Shown here in pieces: positions 1 through 10,320 of a DNA stretch of 30,723 nt (positions are counted from its first letter, which is position 1; every line of letters begins with the position of its first letter). A program made the position numbers and the translations under genes. The notes below the pieces were generated by a model. The model had not been told where the DNA came from. It made no database searches and saw only the letters and a program-made list of their open reading frames with translations. Origin of the DNA: Candidatus Poseidoniaceae archaeon (GTDB taxonomy: Archaea > Thermoplasmatota > Poseidoniia > Poseidoniales > Poseidoniaceae); contig DUJK01000121.1 in the NCBI GenBank assembly GCA_013329925.1, forward strand, positions 1-30,723, in the 5' to 3' direction.

Positions 1-1667
<1,667 letters not shown>

Positions 1668-1910
1668 ATGGTAAAGAATTGGATAAATTCATTCCGTATT
1701 TTGTAGGGTAATATTTTTCGCTTTTTTTGCCCTAAAATGAGCCGCTGTCCAACGAATTCTACTTGTCCCCTCCCCTACCAATAGAAATTGGTGAAGGGGG
1801 TACTTTAAGGTACTGCAATTGGAGTGTTTTTAGTGCCGATTATTGGACAAAAATTCCTACCTCAGTATCACGAAATGGGGAGTTTTGTAAAGAATTACTA
1901 GCCGTGAGCA

Positions 1911-1918
1911 TTAATAAC
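1911..1918 (+). promoter_or_regulatory. Putative TATA box of aroD (near-leaderless transcript)
   Basis: TTAATAAC begins 28 nt before the ATG at 1939, the spacing expected for an archaeal TATA box with transcription starting at or near the start codon. Confidence 0.5.
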
Positions 1919-1938
1919 GACTCCTAATTGGCCAAGTC

Positions 1939-2736
1939 ATGGCTGAACCGAAAGTATGTGTGTCGCTTGAAGCAATCTCTGTTGAAGAAATGATTGATGA
2001 AGCAACTAGAGCAAATATAGCAGGTGCAGATTATGTTGAAGTCCGGTTTGACAAACTGTACTTGAATAAACCCGAACCGGTAATTTCAACAAATAATGAT
2101 GGTGAAGAAATTTCAAAAATCCCACCTATTGAAGAGTGGGGTGTCAAAGATTTCTCAGAAATCGATATTGATGCTGCTATTTCAAAACTAAAGGATGGCA
2201 TTCCAGTCCCTGTAGTATTCACAGTAAGGTCGGTTCGTGAAGGTGGTTTCTTCGCTGGAAACGAGCATGAAAGATTGGGTATTTTACAAAAAGCAATTGA
2301 CTCAGAAGTAACATTTGTTGATATTGAATTATCAATAGATGCTAAAGAGCGAAATAAATTAATGAAATCTGCTGAAAAATCAAACTCAAAGGTAATCGCA
2401 TCAATACATGAAACAAAATCAACCCCTGATGCTGAAGAGATTATCAATCTAATAAAAGACAATAAGTCAAACGGAGATGTTGTGAAATTCTGCTCAACTG
2501 TAAGCAATCATAGAGATGCATTACAACTTTTAGAAGCTGCAAGCGCTTTGGTTAATGAGGAATCAGATCACTGCTTAATGGGGCTAGGTAACGGTGGCGA
2601 TTGGGTTCGCCTTCACGCACCAGTGCTTGGACAAGTAATGGTTTACGCAACAATGCAGAATAGTTTCAGACTCTCTGACAAGGGCCTGATAAATGTCAGA
2701 GACCTTAGAGATGCATGGGCACTTATGGAATATTAA
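1939..2736 (+). CDS. aroD: Type I 3-dehydroquinate dehydratase
   Basis: YVEVRFD, FTVRSxxEGG, VDIEL, SIH (catalytic His), DVVK (Schiff-base Lys), MGLGxxGxxxRL. The C-terminal APGQ loop is altered. Confidence 0.85.
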   Translation: MAEPKVCVSLEAISVEEMIDEATRANIAGADYVEVRFDKLYLNKPEPVISTNNDGEEISKIPPIEEWGVKDFSEIDIDAAISKLKDGIPVPVVFTVRSVREGGFFAGNEHERLGILQKAIDSEVTFVDIELSIDAKERNKLMKSAEKSNSKVIASIHETKSTPDAEEIINLIKDNKSNGDVVKFCSTVSNHRDALQLLEAASALVNEESDHCLMGLGNGGDWVRLHAPVLGQVMVYATMQNSFRLSDKGLINVRDLRDAWALMEY

Positions 2737-3834
2737 TCAAGTATCCCTACTAGGCTCTAATTCAGGATAAGATTTCTCTTCTATATCGGGTTCATTTGGA
2801 TTCATTGGTGGCAGTTCTGCTGGCCGTTCCAAAGAAGGCACTAAACCGTTATTTGGCATTGTTTCGGGCTGCTCCAAGCCTGATTTCATGTATCTTGCGT
2901 TCAATATAAACGGAAATATTGCCACGCCAATCATCATCAACAAAAATACTAATGCAACAGTGTAGTTTGGTAAAATGAATGATCTCTCTGTTGTTATGAT
3001 TGTCACGTCCGCAGCAGTTACAACGCCTGGTGCTGGTGAATCACTATCATGATTATTATCCCAAGTATCTATAACGATATAGAAATTTTGCCACTGTTCT
3101 GAACCAAATATAGGGGTGTATGATTCTGGACCATCAAGATTTAATGCGAAATTAATTTGATTAACCGACTCGTATTGATGTGCATCTCGATAAGTTCGCC
3201 ACCCAGTAAAATCCATACTCCTCCATTCAGGAGATATCTCACTTAATGATTCGGCTATATCCCAATAAAAACTATTTTGAGAATGATAAGAATAATATAA
3301 CTCAGTATAACGTTCATACTCAGATGTCGTCATCAAATAAACATCTGCTGAATAGTCGTTGTCTGTTTCATTAAGAGATTGTAATGAGATACAGACAGTA
3401 GTACGATGTTGAGCAGATAGATTAACCCTCAAAGCACCTATGCTATCATTACCTACTAGCATAGTAGTGTGATGATTGGAAGTAAGTGGTTGAAGTTGTG
3501 ACCCTGAATCCCAATTCTGATACATCCAACCCTCTTCCGGATTTAGTTCAGTAGGCTCCCTTGCCTCTGCCGGATATTGTTTAGATTCATGAGATCTACC
3601 CATCTTATCATCATCATCATCATAATCACCAAATCCCCAATACATGTCATAATAATTGTAATGCGGTACTAAAGCCGACCTTGCAACAGTTTGATTCCAC
3701 AAGGGTGGCTCTATATCTCCATTGCAAGCATCAGCAGCGGATGCGTTAGTTACCAAAGAGTAATTAGGAGCATTTGTAATAAGCATAGGCACCATGAAAA
3801 TTAGTATCATGAAGATAACCACTTTTCTAGTCAT
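2737..3834 (-). CDS. Hypothetical secreted, C-terminally membrane-anchored protein
   Basis: 365 aa ORF with N-terminal hydrophobic signal (MTRKVVIFMILIFMVPMLI), aromatic/acidic ectodomain, one TM helix (YTVALVFLLMMIGVAIFPFIL) and a Pro/Glu-rich tail. Confidence 0.75.
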   Translation of the reverse strand: MTRKVVIFMILIFMVPMLITNAPNYSLVTNASAADACNGDIEPPLWNQTVARSALVPHYNYYDMYWGFGDYDDDDDKMGRSHESKQYPAEAREPTELNPEEGWMYQNWDSGSQLQPLTSNHHTTMLVGNDSIGALRVNLSAQHRTTVCISLQSLNETDNDYSADVYLMTTSEYERYTELYYSYHSQNSFYWDIAESLSEISPEWRSMDFTGWRTYRDAHQYESVNQINFALNLDGPESYTPIFGSEQWQNFYIVIDTWDNNHDSDSPAPGVVTAADVTIITTERSFILPNYTVALVFLLMMIGVAIFPFILNARYMKSGLEQPETMPNNGLVPSLERPAELPPMNPNEPDIEEKSYPELEPSRDT

Positions 3835-3869
3835 ACCCTACCACCAATTCTGCCACTACTAACCAGTTC

Positions 3870-3879
3870 TATATTATAA
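3870..3879 (-). promoter_or_regulatory. Putative TATA box (TTATAATATA) for the 365 aa membrane protein gene
   Basis: AT-only decamer about 36 nt upstream of the ATG at 3834, followed by a GGTGG SD-like motif at 3841-3845 on the - strand. Confidence 0.5.
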
Positions 3880-3882
3880 CTG

Positions 3883-6800
3883 TCAAATTCTTCTTCTTAG
3901 TGGCCTTACATAACCACTATCTTCATTCCTGCGCTCTTCTTTAGACAGTATCCCTGGAGCTGGGGGGGGTGTATGTTGGTCCATTCCAAGCAAGCCCCCC
4001 TGAACTTCGACATGTTCTACATCAGTGTATGTTTCAGCAGCTTGTTTAGCCTCATCTTCTAAATCTGAGGATTCTCTCAGTACCAGCCAACCTAAAATCA
4101 ATGCCACTGAAATAAGTGCAATGTAGGTTGCAAGGTCTGAGCCTGCATCTTTAACCCATGAGGTCCAATCTTCTAGTTCAAAGTCTGATAATGATGGTTC
4201 AGGATCAGGTTTAGGTGAAACTTGCAAGGTTTCTTCCATAGAAGTACATACCTCCAAACTGTCACAGGCTTCAATAATGATAGTATAAGTGCCTGATTCA
4301 TTCCACAAACCTTCAATTCGATAATTAACTGCATTTGGTTGAGGGATTATGTAATCGTCGTCTAAAATCCCATTTTTATTTGAGTCCTTGAAAATATCAA
4401 TATCCCACTTAACTACTAAATCAGGGTTCAGTGATTCGTCACGATCAAATAATGACCCATCTTCGACATTTAAATCACGATATAATTGAATATTGTTGAT
4501 ATTTTCAAAATCAGTTATATTGGCGCTCAAGTAGGCTTTTTCCTCGACGATAATATCGTCTGGAATCTCAATCTTTTTTATTTCTGGCGGCTCGTCAACA
4601 ACAATAGTGAATATTTGCTTACTTACGTCACCTGTGCCATATGAATCCCTAACTGTAAGCGTTACTGTGTAAGTACCAGGATTATCATAATGATGCCAAG
4701 GAGATGCTTCTTTTGACAAAGGTGTCGCATCACCAAAATCCCAGGTATATTCAACAATACCGTTCCATTGGTCATTATTCTCATCGTTTACAGGAGAGTA
4801 TTTCCCTTCATATCTTCGATCACCGTCTCTTGTACCCTCTGAATCAAAGTATAGCATCAAGTTAGGAGCGGTGTAAGTATTCTCTTGCTCATCAAATGTG
4901 TGAGTCCAAGTGTCTGGCAAAAATCCTTCTGGCCGGGGGGTGTTTTTGTCCATTTGCTGACCATCGACCCATCCATCCAAGATTTTCACTGAGATAATTG
5001 GCAATGGATTTTGAACTCTGACAATAATTTTCTTAACTACGCTATTTGCACCAAGCTCATCAGTGACAAATAACGATACTTCATGGGTTCCGGGTTCAGT
5101 AAAAGTGTAAGTGGTAATGGCATTTTCACTGAAATCCTCAGTTCCAAAGGTCCAATTATAAATTAATCCAGTAGAATCGCCGGTATTGGAATCAATATCA
5201 TAGGAGGAGATCCCATCAAAGGTATATGGGACATCAACAAAGCCATCCTCAGCCCTAAAGTCAATAGATGAAGTTTCGCCGTTCTCAGTAACCCTTACAA
5301 TGAAGTCTGCCACTGGAACTTGATTTAATACGTTAACAAATAGCTGTGCGGTAGATTGACTGCCATCATCATCGGTCACCGTCAGAGTTACGATTTTAAT
5401 TCCCGGAGAATTCCATGATGGATTAGGATAATTTTGATTTGAAATAGTCTGCAAAAAGTCATCGCTTTGATCGGTAATTCCACCATCTAGATTTACTCCT
5501 TCTGGAAATACCCATTCATACGATACAATAGTTCCATCATCATCAGCAAATACATCGGGCATTGGTACCGGAGTGTATGTGTAAGTGGTCAAATTGTCGG
5601 AGAAGATTTGATATGGCACCCTATTGTTTACAAATACGGTAATTGAGACAACGCCTGTGTTGAATCCATCGAACACAGACAATGTCAAATTGTACTCTTC
5701 TACTTCTTTGTCTATTGCATCCCATTTATGTTGAACTAGGTATTTGCCCGTATCAGAATCTAATGTCCCATCTCCCCACTCCCATTGGAAATCTAAGTTG
5801 TTCAAGGGGACATTGTCCACAGTTCGAGATGCAGAAAATTCAATTGTTTGTTCTGTCAAAATGCTAATGTTATCCGTAATAACTACGTTATTTACTGTGA
5901 TTACCGGAATTGGAACAGAATCATCTGTGACATTTATCTGAAGTACATCTGTTTCAGACCAACTATTTCCTTGATCCATTATCCGTAATGTTGCATTATA
6001 GAATCCAGTATTTTGATAAGAACGTGTTGGAGATTTTAAGTTGGAAGTAATTGTATCTCCGAAATCCCATGCGTAAGCAACAGGTTGGTCTAGGTATGGC
6101 AAGGTATTATTGTCTAACGACAAACCCCAAGCATCAAATCCGTCACCTACAAACTGAATATTTTCCCAGGTTTGAGAAATATTAGCAGAAACTGAAGCAT
6201 TTGCAGTCGGACGCATATTGGATAAATCCCAAGCTTGTGTTGAAACACTGTCCACAAGGGTACCAATCATATCATACATGTCGAACTTGACTGTATACTG
6301 CCCATCATTTGGTGCGGTAAACCAAATATTACTGTTTGAGTTAACTCCCCCTCCAGCAGAAATCCTAGAAGTCCTCTCATCAACAGTATTCCCGTTAGCA
6401 TCTAGTATGCTAATATCAACATCTAAATCTTCAAAAAATGCATTTGAGAAAACATCAAAGTTTACCTGAATCGTATCATCATTACTATCACCATCTCTAT
6501 CAGACAAAATTGAATTATTGATAGTTAAACTGGCAGGTGCTGTTATTCTCGCAGCCTCGATATCAACGGTCCCTTGGGGGTAGGATGAGCCGCAAGAAGT
6601 GTAATCGCAATCAGCCACAGTACTCGCATACCATGTTATTGCCCATACTTCGTCTGTTAGATTACCAAAACCAGGAACAAGTGCAGTAGCAACATTATTC
6701 TGGAAACTTAAGTCTGTTACAGAAAGCAGACCATCAACCATTGATTTGCTTACAATAACTCCGTCAAATTGACTTACATCTGCAGTCAATCTAATTGTCA

Positions 6801-8094
6801 GAGGTGCAGGTGAAGATGAACCAGGGGTAAATTTGAACGCTCTTAGGCCCCAACCTTCGACACTATTACCGGTAGATGACCATGGTGTACTCCAATCACT
6901 ATTGATTTCTGTTGGCTGAGCTCGGCAGAAGGAATTTGAACTACAAACTGGAGTTAAGTCTAAATTTGAAAAACCATAAATCCCTTGTTCTGAATCTAAA
7001 AATGCCGCGACTGAGAAATTAGCAAAAATTTCACCCATCGTCCTACCAATCGCACCGGATGAACCTGAAGGAGGTGATAAAGCCAAATTTTGAACGCTGA
7101 CACCGCCTGTAGCTGAGTCTTGAACTAATTGTCTAACTGCTGGACCACCACCTAGATGGTCTGCCAAATACATTGTAAAAATAAATCCAGCGCCATAATC
7201 TGCAAATCTTTGATTCCACCATCTTATCGACAATTCTGGGGCTTCAGTCCATTGATTTAGATGACTAACCAGTGTTGAGTCTGGTCCAAAACACAGATAG
7301 ATCGCTACGTCCGCGTTACCTTCATCAATCCATAGATTTTCATAAGGGTCTTGAGCGTTGTGGAGTAGATGTTGTAATTCGTGTGCGATGATAGATTTAC
7401 CCCAGTTTAGAGTTATATCAGCAAAGTCTATGAAAACAGATTCTCTAACGCTGGCAAATGATGGAGCAAAATAACCCCCTGTATTGAAAGCCCCATCGAT
7501 ATCGTATATTATGATTTGAACTTGGCAATTGTTATCTATATCTGGGGCTGCCAATCCACGCCCATCTCCGTAATCTTTGCCATAATAGGTAGTCATTGTA
7601 GGGTAAATTGTCGAATCCCATGACGACGCGAGGTTATTTAGTACAGTAGAAGATAGTGTCCTTCCTGATTGCACAATAAAAGCCACAGTACTGGTTGTCT
7701 TTGCTACATATGCGTCAATAGAACCGCCTGAAATTGGAACTGTAAGAGTATCTCCAGTCAAGTGAGGTGTACAAACTCTACCACTTGCTCTACCCTGGGT
7801 TACAGGCTCGTATTTCATATCATCAACACCAGGTCGACCTGAGTCAATCCAGGCTTGTTTCATGAAACCATATGCTGATACTACCGCAGTGTCTTCTTCA
7901 ATCAACAAATATTCCCTACCATCGGCAGGATCAAAATTAGCTAAATCGCCGATAATTACGCCTTGTGCATCATACTCATCATCTTGGCTATCTAACTGTT
8001 CATCAGCCGATGCCGAGGACAAAACTGGGGTCAAAAAAGAAATAACCATCAGGCCAATTAAAAACAGTGATTTTGTAGAGCGTTTTTCCGACAT
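3883..8094 (-). CDS. Large surface-anchored zinc metallopeptidase (M30/hyicolysin-like gluzincin) with multiple PKD domains
   Basis: Signal peptide; AHELQH (HExxH) followed by WIDEG; at least five PKD-like repeats (YAWDFGD, FQWEWGDG, YEWVFPEG, YNWTFGTE, YTWDFGD..PGTYTVTLTVRD); TM helix LATYIALISVALILGWLVL near the C terminus. Confidence 0.85.
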   Translation of the reverse strand: MSEKRSTKSLFLIGLMVISFLTPVLSSASADEQLDSQDDEYDAQGVIIGDLANFDPADGREYLLIEEDTAVVSAYGFMKQAWIDSGRPGVDDMKYEPVTQGRASGRVCTPHLTGDTLTVPISGGSIDAYVAKTTSTVAFIVQSGRTLSSTVLNNLASSWDSTIYPTMTTYYGKDYGDGRGLAAPDIDNNCQVQIIIYDIDGAFNTGGYFAPSFASVRESVFIDFADITLNWGKSIIAHELQHLLHNAQDPYENLWIDEGNADVAIYLCFGPDSTLVSHLNQWTEAPELSIRWWNQRFADYGAGFIFTMYLADHLGGGPAVRQLVQDSATGGVSVQNLALSPPSGSSGAIGRTMGEIFANFSVAAFLDSEQGIYGFSNLDLTPVCSSNSFCRAQPTEINSDWSTPWSSTGNSVEGWGLRAFKFTPGSSSPAPLTIRLTADVSQFDGVIVSKSMVDGLLSVTDLSFQNNVATALVPGFGNLTDEVWAITWYASTVADCDYTSCGSSYPQGTVDIEAARITAPASLTINNSILSDRDGDSNDDTIQVNFDVFSNAFFEDLDVDISILDANGNTVDERTSRISAGGGVNSNSNIWFTAPNDGQYTVKFDMYDMIGTLVDSVSTQAWDLSNMRPTANASVSANISQTWENIQFVGDGFDAWGLSLDNNTLPYLDQPVAYAWDFGDTITSNLKSPTRSYQNTGFYNATLRIMDQGNSWSETDVLQINVTDDSVPIPVITVNNVVITDNISILTEQTIEFSASRTVDNVPLNNLDFQWEWGDGTLDSDTGKYLVQHKWDAIDKEVEEYNLTLSVFDGFNTGVVSITVFVNNRVPYQIFSDNLTTYTYTPVPMPDVFADDDGTIVSYEWVFPEGVNLDGGITDQSDDFLQTISNQNYPNPSWNSPGIKIVTLTVTDDDGSQSTAQLFVNVLNQVPVADFIVRVTENGETSSIDFRAEDGFVDVPYTFDGISSYDIDSNTGDSTGLIYNWTFGTEDFSENAITTYTFTEPGTHEVSLFVTDELGANSVVKKIIVRVQNPLPIISVKILDGWVDGQQMDKNTPRPEGFLPDTWTHTFDEQENTYTAPNLMLYFDSEGTRDGDRRYEGKYSPVNDENNDQWNGIVEYTWDFGDATPLSKEASPWHHYDNPGTYTVTLTVRDSYGTGDVSKQIFTIVVDEPPEIKKIEIPDDIIVEEKAYLSANITDFENINNIQLYRDLNVEDGSLFDRDESLNPDLVVKWDIDIFKDSNKNGILDDDYIIPQPNAVNYRIEGLWNESGTYTIIIEACDSLEVCTSMEETLQVSPKPDPEPSLSDFELEDWTSWVKDAGSDLATYIALISVALILGWLVLRESSDLEDEAKQAAETYTDVEHVEVQGGLLGMDQHTPPPAPGILSKEERRNEDSGYVRPLRRRI

Positions 8095-8151
8095 GAGAGG
8101 GACCCAACTAAATGCAACCTTGCATTCAAATTAAGCAGTGAAAAAGAACTA

Positions 8152-8157
8152 TTTAAG
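8152..8157 (+). promoter_or_regulatory. Putative TATA box (TTTAAG) of the M28 gene with A-rich BRE-like sequence upstream
   Basis: gaaaaagaactaTTTAAG, 29 nt before the ATG at 8181. Confidence 0.5.
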
Positions 8158-8180
8158 TGTCCGTCTGTTAGGAGTCAGTA

Positions 8181-9401
8181 ATGCTCATTGTCAAACCGCA
8201 TGACAATAACCTAAAACTCAGGGTTATATCAAGCGTATTTATCGTCTCGATTATGTTGCTTTCAACCACTATTTCTTCAAGTAACCCTCAACAGATATAT
8301 CAGGGAAGCGACCCTTGTGATTCAATTTCTGAGTTACAGTTTAATGCTACAAAAGCTAATCAGTCAGTCTCTTGGCAAACTAGTCTAGGATATCGTTTAC
8401 CCGGATCTGATGCTTCGGCAGAACTTCGCCAATCTATCACAGAAAACCTCACAGAATGGTCATTCACAGAATCATCGCATCAAAGAGCCAACTTTACTCT
8501 AACGAATCTAGTAGGCACCTACAGCCCTGAAAATACAACTGGACAAAATGTGATATTCGTAGCCCATTATGATAGCAGGTACATAGCGGATAGGGATGAT
8601 AATGAATCAAAAAGAAACCAACCCATTTTGGGAGCAAATGATGGAGCAAGTGGTGTTGCTGTCCTGATTGAACTCGGAAGAATAATACCATCATTACAAA
8701 TTAATCATGATGTTACACTATTTTTTACTGATGCTGAGGACCAAGGGCAGCCCTACAAGGCAAATACTTGGTCTTACGGAGCAGATGCTTGGGTTAGTAA
8801 TTTGACCAATGATTACCAAACTAATATCTCTGCATATATCGTAATAGACATGATAGGAGATATTTACCTTGATTTCACCAGAGTTACCAGCACCTCTGAT
8901 AGGCTTTGGGAAACAATAACACCAATAGCAGCCGCACTTGGGATGATTGATGGTGAGTTGGACTGTGATGGAAATAATGGCCAAGACATCTACAATCCAG
9001 ATCCAAATGATGCGAGGGGAGTAATAGACGACCACGTCGCAGCACACAACGCAGGAATCCCTGCGATTAATTTAATCGACATAAATTACGGTGAAAATGC
9101 TCCCTCTTTTGGTGGGCATTGGCATACACAAAATGATACTGCAGATAAAGTAAGTTCTCAGTCACTTAACTACATCGGATCAATTTTAGAAATCGGTTTA
9201 AGGACATCTGCTTGGACCTTAGTCAATGAGATTTCAAACGAAGAAAGCGTCAACAATACAGGGAACATCAACTCTAACAGTGATAATTCAGCAGATTTAG
9301 ATGATGTAGCCAAAAGTGATTTAATTGGATATCTTGCGATAATTATAGTTTCAACCGTTCTATTATTGATATTGATTGCAGATATTTCTCTCAAAAGGTA
9401 G
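8181..9401 (+). CDS. M28-family zinc enzyme (peptidase / glutaminyl cyclase-like), membrane anchored
   Basis: VAHYDSR, GANDGASGVAVLIEL, DAED, DMIGD, IDDH, WHTxxDT motifs; N-terminal signal/TM and C-terminal TM. Confidence 0.88.
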   Translation: MLIVKPHDNNLKLRVISSVFIVSIMLLSTTISSSNPQQIYQGSDPCDSISELQFNATKANQSVSWQTSLGYRLPGSDASAELRQSITENLTEWSFTESSHQRANFTLTNLVGTYSPENTTGQNVIFVAHYDSRYIADRDDNESKRNQPILGANDGASGVAVLIELGRIIPSLQINHDVTLFFTDAEDQGQPYKANTWSYGADAWVSNLTNDYQTNISAYIVIDMIGDIYLDFTRVTSTSDRLWETITPIAAALGMIDGELDCDGNNGQDIYNPDPNDARGVIDDHVAAHNAGIPAINLIDINYGENAPSFGGHWHTQNDTADKVSSQSLNYIGSILEIGLRTSAWTLVNEISNEESVNNTGNINSNSDNSADLDDVAKSDLIGYLAIIIVSTVLLLILIADISLKR

Positions 9402-9472
9402 TATAAAGCGCGGACAAATAGGGGAAGAGGTATTATCCGCGCACGGTTTCGTAACTACATGGAGGGCCAGCG

Positions 9473-10318
9473 ATGACTGAGAAAAGCTTCGAAGAGCGCA
9501 GGTCTGAACTGAGGAAACGTGTTAAATCACAACTTGATTCACCAGAGGAACCAACACATTATTCTGATTTAGATAATAGTGATGAACAAATTCAACAAGA
9601 ATTTATTGTCAAACCGATGATTGATTTAGATTATGATGAGCGCGCTAAACTGCGGATGGTTGCCGCTATTGCGATACTAGTAGGCAGTATTTTAGGAATA
9701 ATAAGTGGTGGAATATTGCTGCAAGGTAATCCCGATGATTTGCTAAACTCTTCTCTGTTTAATGAAGCAGAAACTGTTGATTTAACTGGCCAAGTACTCA
9801 CTGATGACGGAGTAGCCATAAACAATGCAACTATACAGTTGTATGAAGATGATTCAAATTCAGCGATACGAACGGTTCTTACTAACGATAATGGTTACTT
9901 TCAATTGGAAAACGTAAAACCTGAAACGATGGTAATTAGAGTCGTAAAAGATGATTTTACCAGTCTTGAACGGACATTTATTGCCGAAGACGGATTGATG
10001 AGCCCTTTTACTATGAAAAGTGGTAATTCATCAAGTATAATTCAAGAAAACTTCGTAGGTAGTGACGGTGGATGGTCGCTTGAAGCCGCTGTTGCTTTGT
10101 CGACATTTCTTGGAGTGATGACAATTATCACTGGATTTATTGGCATACAGGCATCAGTCGAAACCCGAAGAGCAAGTCGATACAGAAGGACTCAGTACCT
10201 TGCCGGAATTAGTTTGTTTAGTCGCGGTCTTATTTGGATTGGCCCGATTTTAATTTTGGCTGGAATGGCCTTAAATTCGCTAGTAAAAGACCAGTATGAA
10301 GATTATTTAGAGGATTGA
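9473..10318 (+). CDS. Membrane protein with a carboxypeptidase-regulatory-like (transthyretin/Ig-type) extracellular domain
   Basis: TM (MVAAIAILVGSILGIISGGILL), then LTGQVLTDDGVAINNATIQL...TNDNGYFQLENVKP, then further hydrophobic helices. GGAGG SD upstream. Confidence 0.7.
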   Translation: MTEKSFEERRSELRKRVKSQLDSPEEPTHYSDLDNSDEQIQQEFIVKPMIDLDYDERAKLRMVAAIAILVGSILGIISGGILLQGNPDDLLNSSLFNEAETVDLTGQVLTDDGVAINNATIQLYEDDSNSAIRTVLTNDNGYFQLENVKPETMVIRVVKDDFTSLERTFIAEDGLMSPFTMKSGNSSSIIQENFVGSDGGWSLEAAVALSTFLGVMTIITGFIGIQASVETRRASRYRRTQYLAGISLFSRGLIWIGPILILAGMALNSLVKDQYEDYLED

Positions 10319-10320
10319 AC

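Noticed and set aside
2031-2507. 158 aa - strand ORF
   Set aside because: Antisense to aroD, with no recognisable motifs; Ser/Ile-rich composition typical of shadow frames.
3596-3630. DYDDDDDK peptide / (TCA)n run resembling a FLAG tag or enterokinase site
   Set aside because: It is an Asp run in a natural acidic protein and differs from DYKDDDDK; there is no vector context.
3962-3969. G8 homopolymer as a possible phase-variation site in the PKD peptidase
   Set aside because: It encodes a Pro run in the last roughly 30 codons, after the TM anchor, so slippage would barely change the protein.
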